Part shown: positions 22,278 to 34,611 of the stretch, one piece after another
Layout: each line of letters opens with the position of its first letter
How positions within the stretch are numbered: the first letter of the stretch is position 1
Assembly (NCBI GenBank): GCA_032718475.1
Contig: JAUCBJ010003252.1
Coordinates: forward strand, 14,368 to 78,367
Length of the DNA stretch: 64,000 bases
Direction of reading: 5' to 3'
Origin: Nemertoderma westbladi
Lineage: Eukaryota > Animalia > Xenacoelomorpha
Notes under the pieces: generated by a model
The model's input: the letters and a program-made list of their open reading frames with translations, nothing else
What the model was told of the DNA's origin: nothing
The model's database searches: none
Position numbers and translations under genes: made by a program

Positions 22278-25200
22278 GGACGGTGTTATGCAGAAACCAG
22301 TTAACTCAACTTTTGGCGATTTTGAGTTATTACCACTATGTAATGGGGGGAACCTTCAAAATTCATATAAAAAATCGTCAAATCACAGAAATCAATTTTT
22401 GGCGGGGTTTTTTATTAAAAACGGTTTATGCAGATCCAGATATTCCAAAAACAATTAGTCGAAACCAGTTAACTTACTGTTAACTGTTTATGCAGATCCA
22501 GATATTCCAAAAACATTTTGTCGAAACCAGTTAACTTACTGATTTCACTAATAAACGACCATCTGCACTGATTGGTGAAAGTAACGGTTCCCTATCCTTT
22601 GAAACATCTGATTGGATAATTCTTCTAAAACAAAATAATAGATGATGTCATAACAAATGGAGGTTGATTTAAGTTTAAGGAAAACTGCAAGCAGAATTCC
22701 TATTTTAGTATCTACTACAAATCGGTGATTTCTACCGGTACAATAGACTGCTGTTTCTTTTACTAAAATAAATCAAATGTCATCCAGAAGGAAGCAGTAT
22801 TTTACACCTTCTAAGGCGCTGCAATTGGTAATGCAGACGGAATAACCAGCTTTCACTTTGGGAAATTCTAATAACAGTTTTATATTGGACGAAGAAATTC
22901 CTGTTGAATTATTAAATATACATGTGGATGGGCCAAGTCGAGACAGTGAGCTTGAGATGGTCGGTGAGAGTGATGCAGACTATTTGACTAATGAAGATGA
23001 AGAAGCTGATCCTGGTATTGTCGGACATGATAGTGACCCAGATTATGAACCAGGGGAAGAGCGAGAATCTGATGATGATCTTCCCCTCAGCAGATATGTT
23101 CTCAGTGACGTCGTTAGCATCCAAGCAATCAATGTCGGTCATGATATTGACCCAGATTATGAACCAGGGGAAGAGCGAGAATCTGATGATTGCGACAGTA
23201 TATTTTCAGAAGTCAATGGTGAGTCTAGTCTCGAAAATGAACCGCAGTGCTATCACAACAACCCGGGTGTGGACGATGAAACGCTTATTGGGGCCGCTGG
23301 TATAGATCACACTTATTCTGGGCGACCAAAGAGGGGACGAAAAAGAAAAAATATGTACAATAGAGCAGAATCCAAAAACGGCGAAATAAAAATTTGCCAG
23401 TAAAAGAAAATTCCCAAGTAAAGAAATTCGACGAATGCTATAAGTGCCCAGGTACGAAAAACTGCACTGCGAATTTGAGTGTAAATGAAAGAGAATAAAT
23501 ATTTAATAATTTCTGGGCCCTAGGAACATATGAGGCTCGATGCGCATATATAAGCGGATGTGTTGAACAGGTTCCTGTGAAGCAGCACACTCAGAAAGCA
23601 GGTAGTGGGAATAGAAAACGTGATCACTCGCGGATTTACACTCTCTCAGGTGAAAAATTCTGTATGACCTGCTTCCTCAAGACTCTCCAGATTAATCAGG
23701 CGAGGGTTGATGTTGCACTGGCCAAGAAAATCGATCACGATTTTAAAGACAAGCGAGGTGACCAGCAGGGTGCAAAGAATAAGCGCACTGATGAAGCGAT
23801 TTCAGATGTCAGGAAACATATAGATAGCTTTCCAAAATATTCCTCGCATTACTGCCGAAAAGAAACTGATGCTAAATACTTGTCACCAGAACTAAGTTTG
23901 AATAAGATGTATGATCTTTATAAGGATTGTGAAGGTTTCAAAGTCGGCATATAAACGAGTCTTTTACTCTGATTTCAATTTGAGATTCAAATCTCTCAAA
24001 AAAGATACTTGCCAAACCTGTGATGTCTTCAAAGTTCGAATAGGAGATACAAAGGACAATGACTTTATTAAGGATGAACATAAACGTCATTTGGATTTGG
24101 CGGCTCAGAGGCGTGATTATATGAAGAATGATATAATGAAATCTAAGGACTGTGAAGACACTGAAACGTTTACCTTTGACCTCCAATCTACATTTTCACT
24201 TCCGAAAATACCAACTAATGTTGTATATTACAAGAGGCAGCTGTCTTTCATCAACCTTGGCATTCATTCAGGAAGGGATAATAAGGGTTATTTTTATTGC
24301 TGGTTGGAGAGCGAAGCTGGTCGCGGAACCCAGGAGATTGGGTCCTGTTTGATGTCGCACTTTACAACTTACCTCACACCCAAAACTAAACATATAATTT
24401 TATGGTCGGATTCCTGTGGCGGCCAAAACAGAAGCATCAAGGTTGTATATCTTCTTATGTATTACCTGCAGAACTCGAAGCAGTTGGAAACAATTACGTT
24501 GAGATATTTAATTTCTGGTCACAGCTATTTGCCCAACGACCAAGAGTTTGGTGATGTGGAATGTGCATCAAAATATTGTGAGCGCCTTTACACAGATGAG
24601 GATATAATTCGAGTAATGGAACATTCTAGAAAAACTAATAAATTTTCTGTTCACCGAATGGACCCCAAAGAGGATTTTGTGTCTGTGGAAACTTTATTGG
24701 ATGGTATGGTTAATCGAAAAGACACAGCAGAAAAAGTCAGAGTAAACTGGCTGAAAACCTTCGACATTAAGCTGTGTAAGGAAGGATAAGCCATACATTG
24801 TGGACATGGATGGTTTAGAAGTAAATCATGAGTAGCGCAAAATACGTGGGCGCCCAAGCTTTGATGTCTTTGGTAACATGTTACCAAAGCTGTGGCCTGC
24901 TGGAAAGTCCATCACACATGGTAAACATCAAGATCTGAAATTTCTTCAGAAATTCATCCCAGCTGATGCCAAGGACTTTTACAGGAAAGTGCTGAAACTA
25001 ACTGCTGACCATCTAGTTGATGGAGAAGACTTCATAGATGATCCGCCTGAGGAAGATACTGTGGAATAGTATAGCAGATGAAACTAACATCTAGAATAGA
25101 ATCGATTAATGTTTGATAACTGTTTTTTACCAATTATTTGTTCATATAATTCATATAGTGTAGAAAGCAGTTAAAAAATTAAAATTCACTTTTCTCTGCA

Positions 25201-25391
25201 AAAACACCACTTTTTTCCAATATTTTTGTTCAGAAAGATAGATTCAGCATTCCAGAATTGCTAGAAAGTATTCTTGTCCCTATGCAACCGGTAATATAAG
25301 TGGTGGATTTTTTTGAAGTTGAAAAAACTTTAAACTGGATTTTCTCAGAACTATAAAAATGGGGTTAACTGGTTTCTGCCTAACACCGTCC
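22278..25391 (+). mobile_element. Sola1-type DNA transposon
   Basis: TIR ggacggtgttatgcagaaaccagttaac / gttaactggtttctgcctaacaccgtcc; 4-bp TSD AGAT (22274-22277, 25392-25395). Confidence 0.9.
22858..25069 (+). pseudogene. Sola1 DDD transposase, frameshifted
   Basis: SHYCRK, FNLRFKSLKKDTCQTCD, TFDLQ, YYKRQL, WSDSCGGQNRS and GHSYLPNDQEFG across ORFs at 22858, 23577, 23911 and 24878. Confidence 0.85.
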
Positions 25392-25395
25392 AGAT

Positions 25396-25755
25396 AATAA
25401 TCAACTACGCGTAGCCACGTCGTGTTGCGGTTGCGTTCCCTCCCCCCCCCCCCCCGCAGTTCCTCATCGTATCGCTTCGTATCATATTGTCCTTCCGGTC
25501 GTTGCCCCTCTCTTATATTATTATTATATTACACATACTAATAAGCAAACTATATAAAGCTAGTTCTACGCATGGCAACATGTCATTCCATCTGTCACGC
25601 TCGCACACACACCATGAATACACTACACTACACTGTATCTATTATACTGAACTTTTTTGCGGTTATTGATTACAACTCAATAATTCCTCCTATTTCATTC
25701 CCAACAATCAATAATTGTACACGTATTTCCATCAACCAACCAACCACATGTAGCA
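25396..25755 (+). repeat. Non-coding block with an inverted copy at 40165-40515
   Basis: ataatcaactacgcgtagccac...caaccaaccacatgtagc matches the reverse complement of 40165-40515. Confidence 0.9.
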
Positions 25756-25889
25756 TATTTTCTTATTCGCTGTTTAAGTCCGCTGTCTATGCCACATATT
25801 TGTTGCTTACGTGTTCTGTTCAGAAATTATATATATAACTGAATGTTTTAATTAAAATTTATCATTTGTAATTTTCATGGTAATAAATT

Positions 25890-28062
25890 TGTAAGCGGAT
25901 TCAATACCCTGCACTACCCACCAAAAATGGGCTTAGTGGCATTTTACCAATTATAGTTGGGAAGGTGACATTACCAATAATAATGTCACCTCATAACCAA
26001 CTTAGGCGATACACATCGCCAGCCACAAAGAAAGTTGAGAGGTCAAACCATCTCAGAGGGTTAAAGGGGCTAGCAGGGGTTAGTACGTGGGGACAGTGGC
26101 AACAGGGAGTGGCGAGGTGACAATTAATCAGGTTGGCCAATGATGGGAGGGGAAAACAGATTGGGAGTGATTAGAACGCATCTACTGGCCAGGCCACTCA
26201 ATACTGTAGCAGTGATTAATATGTGTTAATATAACCGTTGCACTTATTGATTCTGATTCAGTTGGTATCTATACAGTTGTGAGACTGGAATGGTTTTAAC
26301 CATCGTCATTTACTGTGCTGTTATATTCTGATTGTGCTATTACATTCTGACATTACGAACGACTGCTACTAAAACTCAGTTATTCAAACGGCCTTCGGCC
26401 TCACATCTCAGACATTGCCAGCAGCCTTTCAGCAGCCCACAGACGCGGCGACGCGTATACACAAACACATCCGGTTGGGATTCCCTCACCAACTCATGAA
26501 TCCCTTCACAGTTAAAAACCGCCAACAAGTCAACATCCAGCTACAAATAAACTGTGACCACAACCAGCACCAACATGAGCGATCAACAAACGCCCCAGGG
26601 TTCGGAGAGGGATGGAAGTCTGCCGCGAACCCCGAGCGACAGAGACGAAACGATTCAGGAAGCAGTGACGAGGCGGTACTGGCCCAACACACCGGATTTG
26701 CCAATGAGGTACGCTCCGGTCGTTGAGGAGGAGGGCGGCTGAGTACGAGGAGGAGATGGGAATGAGTCGACGCGAGATCAGAGCGTCAAACGAGGTACCG
26801 AAGTCGGCGCCCAACCAGTGGTCGAGGGCGGCGAACGGCCCACTGGAACAGCAATGGTGGGGCCGACGGTACGGCGACGGACGAGGAGGGAAGGTCAAGT
26901 CCAAGAGGAAGACATTGGGATGAGCGATCGCCTACGATGAGGGTACAACGCCACCAGGAAGTTGTTGAAGGACGCTAGAGAGGGAGGAAAGGTAGACCAG
27001 CCCAAGTTGTACCGGAGGCTAGGTGAGTGCAACAAACATTTTCGCTACCTAGTCCGATTTGGGCAGGGGGAACTAGCAAGTGCGAGGGTGGTCGCCACTG
27101 AACTGTTCGAATTGTGGCATCCAAGGTGGTGGCGGCTAGTGTGGTGTACGTAGGGCCCTATCTAGTAGATGCGAGGGGGATTAAGTTAGTGGGATGGGCG
27201 GACCCGCATGACACCGAACCCGAGGTTAACCCCGAAGATTTGGTGTCATCGGTTAGTAGGAATGCTAGTAAGCATGGGAAAATTAGTAGGAGGAACGGGC
27301 GACGGGAGTCCGTTGCAACCGAAAAGTCCTCTACATCCTCCATGAAAGCAAGAAGGTGTTAGAGGTAGACATCGATCATCAGCTAGACATAGTCGCGCTG
27401 GATCAAAAGGAACTACAGAGACAGCTGGATGAGGGCACTGCGTTGCTAGAAAGGGAAAGGGAACTAGCGAGAGAGTGTAAATAGAGGGCCGAGAGGGTGG
27501 CGAGAAACTATAGAGAGCATTATGAGAGAGAAATGAGTGAGCGCAAAGAGCGGGAGACAAGGGAAGAGAATGAGCGCAAAGAACAAGAGACGAGGGAAGA
27601 GAACAAGCGCAGAGAGCGGGAAGCGAGGAGAGCTGAGAGGATTGAGAGAGAAGTGAACGAGCGCAGAGAGTGGGAGGCGAGAGAGGCAGAGTAGCCGAGC
27701 AGGGTATTAGAGAGGATAGAGAGAGAGAGAGAGGGCGGGTAAACGAATGCGGGATGATATGCATACCCAGTTGAGGGGGTTAATGTAGTATCAGGCGAAG
27801 CAGAAACGCCGATTAGAACTGGCAAAAATGGGTTTATCAGAAAGCAAGGCTGGTTCGGGAAGTATTTGAGGAACCAGGGGTGATGGAAACCTTTGTTAAT
27901 ACCCCACTTACAGGTACCAGACGACAGACCCAGAATTGGTGTGGGGGGGGGGGGGGGGGGGGGGGTAACGACAATACGTTCAATGAGAACGTTGATATTA
28001 ATAGTACCGTAGTATATAACCCTAATACTATGAAACATTTCTTGCAGGACCATAGTAGATAA
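25890..28062 (+). mobile_element. Possible LTR plus gag-like region of a degraded retroelement
   Basis: TGT...ACA-bounded ~525-bp segment followed by GC-rich broken ORFs with an E/R-rich coiled-coil stretch (27497-27730). No diagnostic motif. Confidence 0.3.
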
Positions 28063-28117
28063 CCCTAATACTAATGAATGAATAATATTTTGGTTAATAA
28101 TAATGTCGATACTGGCA

Positions 28118-28708
28118 GAGAACTTTCAAAGTTACTGTCAAAATTTTGATCTTTCTGGAGTTAATAAAAAGACCAACACTAGAAGCAGCATGTTCTAATG
28201 AGCTGAGGAGCCATTGGGCTCCCTCTAGTGATTCTGAGAGTACTCCTAAGTCATCAGCAAAGTCTAGATCAGTTAGGTACTTGGCAGGATTTCCTCAACT
28301 TCTGGAGCCAGTAGGTGGAGTTATCATCACCCCATCATCATTATGATGATCTAAGGACATGCGTAGAACATAGTCAACCACAATTATGAACAAGAATGGT
28401 GCAAGTGTGTCTCCCTGGAGGACGCCCCATAACACTTCAAATGGTTCTGTGTCACCATCAACAGTAGACACAAATGTTGTCAAACCATCGTATACTGATC
28501 TGATTGCTGCAATAATTTCATCAGGAATCCCATATAATGAAAGTATGCTGAACATACGTGAACGAGAGACTGAATCAAAGGCCTTGAAGAAGTCAACAAA
28601 GATAACAGCCAGATGCCTGTCTTTCTTTTTTGATAACTCTTCAATTATCCTTCTAAGTGCCAAAATGGGCTCCATGGTCCCACGACCTTTACGGAACCCA
28701 TTCTGATT
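28118..28708 (-). mobile_element. RTE family B RT fragment
   Basis: Near-identical reverse complement of ~17515-18108 (NQNGFRKGRGTMEP...PPTGSRS). Confidence 0.93.
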
Positions 28709-31154
28709 CACCATTGAATCAAACCATGTTAGTTTCAAGCTTTTCAGCCAGTATCATGAATAACCAATATGTCGAAGTGCATGGACTGCTGATAAACTCT
28801 GTCCGACAATGAGACAAGTGAAGGTTATTAAATTCCCTCACCATCTTACCAATATTGCAAACTTTGCTGATGATTTTGATGTAGGTGAGAGGGATATTTC
28901 CATACTTATAGGAGCTGATCAGATCTGGTCCATTACTGGTGAAGCCTATAAGTATCCGAAATGTCCAACAGTTGTTGAAACATTTTTTGGCACAGTTCTT
29001 TCTGGTCCATTCTTCGGTTCTGTTTCTAATATTAACAGCATCTATCCATCTTTGTTAATATCTGAACCAAGCAATGTGACACAACCTTGGAACCTGGAGT
29101 CAGTCACTCAACTTTGGAATCTGGAGTCAGTTGGAATCAAAGAACAGGAAGTTAACTGTGCACCTTATCCTCCACCTGTGGTCTCTACTCCACATTCAGA
29201 ACCCTCCACATTATCAAGTAAGATTACCATTTAAGTGTAATAAACGACCATCCTCTAATTATAACAGGGTAATTCCACAACAAAAGAAAATGTTATTATC
29301 TCTTTCTTCCAATGAATGTAGTATTTATAATGAAAAGTTTGCCAAGCTTATTTCCCAAAATATAATTGAACCAGCAGCAATAGATAATGATGTCGGATTT
29401 TTCCTTCCACACCATTTAGTTTTCAGTTCAAATAAGTACCGTATTGTGTTTAATGGATCAGCGTGTAATTCTGAAGGTGAAAGTATAAACTCGTGCCTAG
29501 ACCCTGGTCCAAATCTCCTAGCATCAATGGTTGATGCTCTGTTACGAGTTCGATTGCATCCTTATATGATAGTTGCTGATATTGAGGCAGCCTTTCATCA
29601 GGTCGAAATCCATCAGGATGATAGACAGTGGGTTAAATTAATGTGGAATGGTAAAGCCTATCAATTTAAATATTTACCCTTTGGTATAGCACCTAGTTCG
29701 TTTTTATTACATTCCACTGATTTATTTCATGTCTTAAAACAAGATCAACCAGATTTTCAGAACCGATTTATTGAGTCTATATATTGTGATGATGTACTTT
29801 ATAGTCATGATAATCAGTTACAGGCTGAAAACTTCCTAAGAAATGCTATTTCTATGTTGGCAAATGCTGGAATGAACCTTAAACCAGTCACTAACCCTAA
29901 AAAATTATTAGGTGTATCATGGGATTCACCCAAGATGTAATATTTGTTGACATATCTCATCTGAAATTACCTACTAGCTTTACCCGCCGAGAGTTGGTAA
30001 AGATGTCTGCTATGGGAATCTGGGGAAGGATGGAATGCGACAGTTTCAGAACCTCTGCAATGTCAATGGTCAAAGTGGTTGTCAGAGGCTGGAATGGTAA
30101 TATATTTCCCATGCTGTGTTTGCTTTTCTCAGGATTGTTCCATACACATATTCTGCGATGCTTCTTCTTCTGCCTATGCATTTTTGGCCTATATAGCTCA
30201 CCCCTATAGAGTACCAATATTGTTCTATGGGAAATCTAGTAGAGGTGCCCCATGCAAACCAGGTCTTTCAACAACCCGCCTTGAGCTTATGGCTTGCCAA
30301 CTGGGTAGTCGATTTGCCAACCTTATTAATAAGGAGATATGTAAACCTTATAGGATGCATCTGGGCAATTCCATGGAAAATGCACCTGAGAGTCATTTTT
30401 TGAAGTTTGTCCTTTTGAGAAAATTTTTGGTGCATTTTGTAGCTTAAACATTCTACTTTATCGACAATACAGCCAAAAATCTGTAATTCCAATGCTGAAT
30501 CTGCAATAGCTCAGAGAAAACGCGACTAAAATTCATGTAAAATTTGTCCATGTATCCTCAAAAATGTCTTAGAACACATTTGAGTATATTTTATTACAGT
30601 TTAATATTTTCGTGTGAATTTTTTTTTATGTGTTTTTTCACGTTTTCTTCTACCCACAGAGACCTAATATTGGATGTTTAAGTTTCAGTTTGAGCTATCT
30701 ACGACCCTTCAAACAATACTGATTTTTACAAAATGTATATGTTACGACCGTGACAAAAACGCCGAATTGTTTGCATTACTCTAAGAGTTTTAACAACTAT
30801 TGGCGGGAAATTTAAACCATGTTACTTTGATATATTCGCTATTGCATAAAGGAAATCACCTACTGCTGCAGTGTAAACTTTTGTCGTGATTGATCATTCT
30901 TTTTGGTTACGCCCCGTGACATTCCTTGTCACGAGCGTAACGCAATGAAAATCGGTTACGACCCTGACATATGGTTAGGATTTATATATAGACCTACCTG
31001 CAGTACTTTCTTGTTATTACTGGTGCACTCATAGTCGGTAGTCAGTCATTTAATAGGTAAGTAGGTAAGGTACCGCCGGTAGGTCAATTACTCGGCTCGT
31101 AACTGCTTTAACATTTACAGAATGTTTTGTATTAACTAATAGCGTTAATAAATT

Positions 31155-34100
31155 ATGCAGTATGAATCCCAGAATGACAGGCGCTGCGAGACAGAAAAAG
31201 TACAGGGAATCAAACAAAGCTTACCAGCAGAGAGAAAGGGTACGAGAGATACGGAGCTGCAAAAATTAGAAATGCAAAGATTAGAAACTCCTGTCAATGG
31301 AAGCTACAAAAATAGCAGAACACTTGGAAAAGCAGTTTCTCGAACTCGTGATTCCCTTCCTTCATCACCCAGAAAGCGGACAGCTGTCGTTAGTAAACTT
31401 GCCATGTTGTTTGGTATAAATAATACAGCTAAATTACAAGACAGTTCCATTACTACCAGGAGTAGTAAGATAAATGAAGACAAGATAGAAAACTTTTATA
31501 GACGTGACGATGTAAGTCGTCAAGCCCCTGGAATGAAAGATGTTAAAACTATTTGGAAAAATGGCATCAAAGAGAAATATCAAAAAAGATATTTAGAGCA
31601 CAAACTGCAAGAGGTAGGTATTATTAGATTTCTATTTTAACTATATTTAGCAAGAATATATAGTGTTAAATTTCTGAATTATTGTAGGTCCTAACTTAAC
31701 CCTCTGGCATTTTTTCTTTTTACTACTGAACGTAATTTTCGCGGGGGGGGGGGGGGGGGGGGGGTGGGGCATTTTATAAATTTTTCGTTTTAAATTCATT
31801 ATCTTGGCTGAAAAAATTATAAAATTATTGGAAAATTTATGTGTTATACCTAATTAATTAATATATGGCGAATCGAATTGTCGCAATTTTGAAACCTTGC
31901 AGTGAATTGGGATGTCATTTTTTGTCAATTGAAAATGTTCAGCACTTTTAAGAAAATTGAAATTTTTCATATTTCACTATATTTTTTTTTCTTAGTTTAA
32001 TTCACTCATTTTTAAAAATATTAGTGAGAAAAAGCGGTTTTTTCAAATAAAGGACTATTATTCAATAAAAAAAAAGTAATGCGGAAAACACCGGTTTTTT
32101 TCACTCATTTTCAATTTAGCGAAATTCAACTATTCTACCCGAGTGGTTGAGTTTTACACGAGTTGGCAAGTTTTTAGAAAGTTTCTAGAAGTTTCTAGAG
32201 TGCCAACGAGTGGAAAACTCAACACACGAGGGCAGAATATCTGAATTTCGCTGAAGAAAATGAGTGGAAAAGGGGTGTTTTCCATTACGTTTTTATATCG
32301 AATATATTGTTTTATTTGAAAAAAATACCATAAAAATTATCACTCTTTATGTTTACGTATAATATAAGTATATTTTAAAAAATTTTAAAACTAGTGAAAA
32401 AAATTAAAAAATTAGTGAAAAAAAGTCTTTTTCACTAATTTTCAGAAAAATTGGTGAAAAAGTCTTCTTTTCACTAATTTTCAAAAAAAATAGTGAAAAA
32501 AAGTCTTTTTTTTCACAAATTTTCTGGAAATTAGTGAAAAAAAGTTAGTTTAATTCACTCATTTTTAAAAATATTAGTGAGAAAAAGCGGTTTTTTCAAA
32601 TAAAATTATTTACTTATTACAGGGGAAAAAAAGTATAACTTTTTTCACTATTCTCGAGGTATTTTATTTACCGAGCGCCAGCGAGGTTAATAAAGGGAAA
32701 GGAAAGGGAAAGGTTAATAAAGAATATTGAAAAAAATTGTTCTACTTTTTTTCCCATGTAATACGTAATTTTATTCTTAAATATCGGTAGATACTCAGAT
32801 TATCTCATACTATATCCTGCCATTTTCCTTAGGTTTATGATATGTATCGAGAAGAATTTCCAGGTGAAGAGGTTGGATTTAGTAAGTTTGCTAGTTTACG
32901 ACCTGAAGAAGTATTGCTATCGGCTAACATACCTTTAGATGTTTGCTTATGTCAAATTCATGAAAACTTTTTAAGTTTGGTGGCAGTATTGATACCAGAC
33001 TGCCCCTATAATCGTGAATGGGTTACTAGGAATTTAATTTGTTCAACTCCTACTGAAAAGTGTTTCGAAAGCACTTGTGAAAAATGTTGTAGAAGAAAGA
33101 AACTGGAAGAAAAATTGAAGGGAGATCCGGATGAAACTGTATCCTATCTTGTTTGGGAACGAGTTGGTAATCGTGTTAGTAAATTTGAAAAGTCCGGAAC
33201 GTATTGTGATTTGAAAGATAAATTGTATGATTTACTTCCACAGTTTCTAAAACATTATTTCATTAAACATTGCCAACAAGCAGCATACATTGAGGATAAG
33301 GCAGTTTCAAGTTCAAATCATGTTGTGGTTCATGTTGATTTCAGTGAGAACTATACGTGTACTTATCAAAGGGAGATTCAAAGTGCACATTGGTGTCAGA
33401 ACCAGGTAACCTTGTATACAGGATGTGTATACAAAAGTAATGTTCCTTTACCATACTGTGTTGTCAGTGACCCAACAACACATGATAAGGAGACTGCAGT
33501 TACATACTTGTGTTGCATATTGGATTCTGAGATTGATGACAAAGTAACCAGCCTAAGTATTTGGTCGGATGGACCTTCCAGTCAGTTCAAAAATAGGTAC
33601 ATTGTGTATATGATACCAAAAATCGTAACGAGGTACAGGCTTAAGAAGCTCACTTGGAATTACTTTGCCACCTCCCATGGCAAGGGCGCGGTCGACGGGC
33701 TTGGAGGTGCCCTAAAGAGAACTGTTCGATGTGTAGTAAAACAAGGGAAAGTTATTGTGAAGGATGCGGACTCTTTCATAAAAGCAACCAAGTATAATCA
33801 AACCTCTAAAGTCAAGACCATTATATTTAATGGTGATCCTTCAGAGGATTTCAAAGATATTTTCACGGGGCTTCAGTCAGCACCAGAAGTTTCCGGGATA
33901 TCGACCTATCATTCAATCACCTGTAAGTCGTCTATTTCTCAGCTAGACTTTAGGGAGTACAGAGATTACAAAGAGCACAAGCACATTAACATACACAAGC
34001 ACCCCACCATGCAAGCACATAAGCACACTAACAGTAGTTTAGAAGTTATCCCTGTGGGTCATATTCAAACATCTCAGGTGGGTAATCTATCAACACCTGT

Positions 34101-34611
34101 TAATGATCCTCTATTGTCTTCCACAATGGAGGATATCCATCAATCATCTCCGGTTAATGATCCACTATTGTCTTCCACAATGGAGGATAGTCATCAATCA
34201 TCTCCGGTTAATGATCCTCTATTCTTCTTCCCAGTAGAGATTCCAGAAGAAGAGATCATAGGACCCGTGTCGCCACATTCATCTAACAACAACAGTTTAG
34301 ATAATTCTGAACCCGGTATTAAACCGCCTGATGTTGGTGTCTGGGTCGCAGTTGCCTTTGAAGAACAATTTTATATCGGCAAGGTAGAGAAAATAGTGAA
34401 CAACCAGGTAGAGGTTAATTCCATGCGTTCATTAGGTCTAAATCGGTACTGGTGGCCTCCAAAATCCGATTGGATGCGATTTGATTTCTGCGATAATACT
34501 TTCCTAGCGACTTTGATGTCACCACCGGAGCCAGCTACTGCTCACCATCGAGTATATGTCATACCTGCAACTGAATACCGTCGTATTGTTGACTTATATC
34601 TCCAAATTTGA
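31155..34611 (+). CDS. Sola2 transposase, join(31155-31613, 32833-34611), ~745 aa, uninterrupted after splicing
   Basis: GAG|gtaggt ... ttttccttag|GTT joins HKLQE-VYDMYREEFPGEEVGFSKFASLRP. Motifs CLCQIHEN, DFSENY, EIQSAHW, WSDGPSSQFKN, SHGKGAVDGLGG. Tudor-like C-terminus. The true start codon is uncertain. Confidence 0.85.
31990..32765. repeat. MITE-like and duplicated pieces inside the Sola2 intron
   Basis: ~58-bp direct repeat (31992-32050, 32545-32603), internal palindrome ~32090-32280, and a small inverted-repeat element ~32615-32763. Confidence 0.55.
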
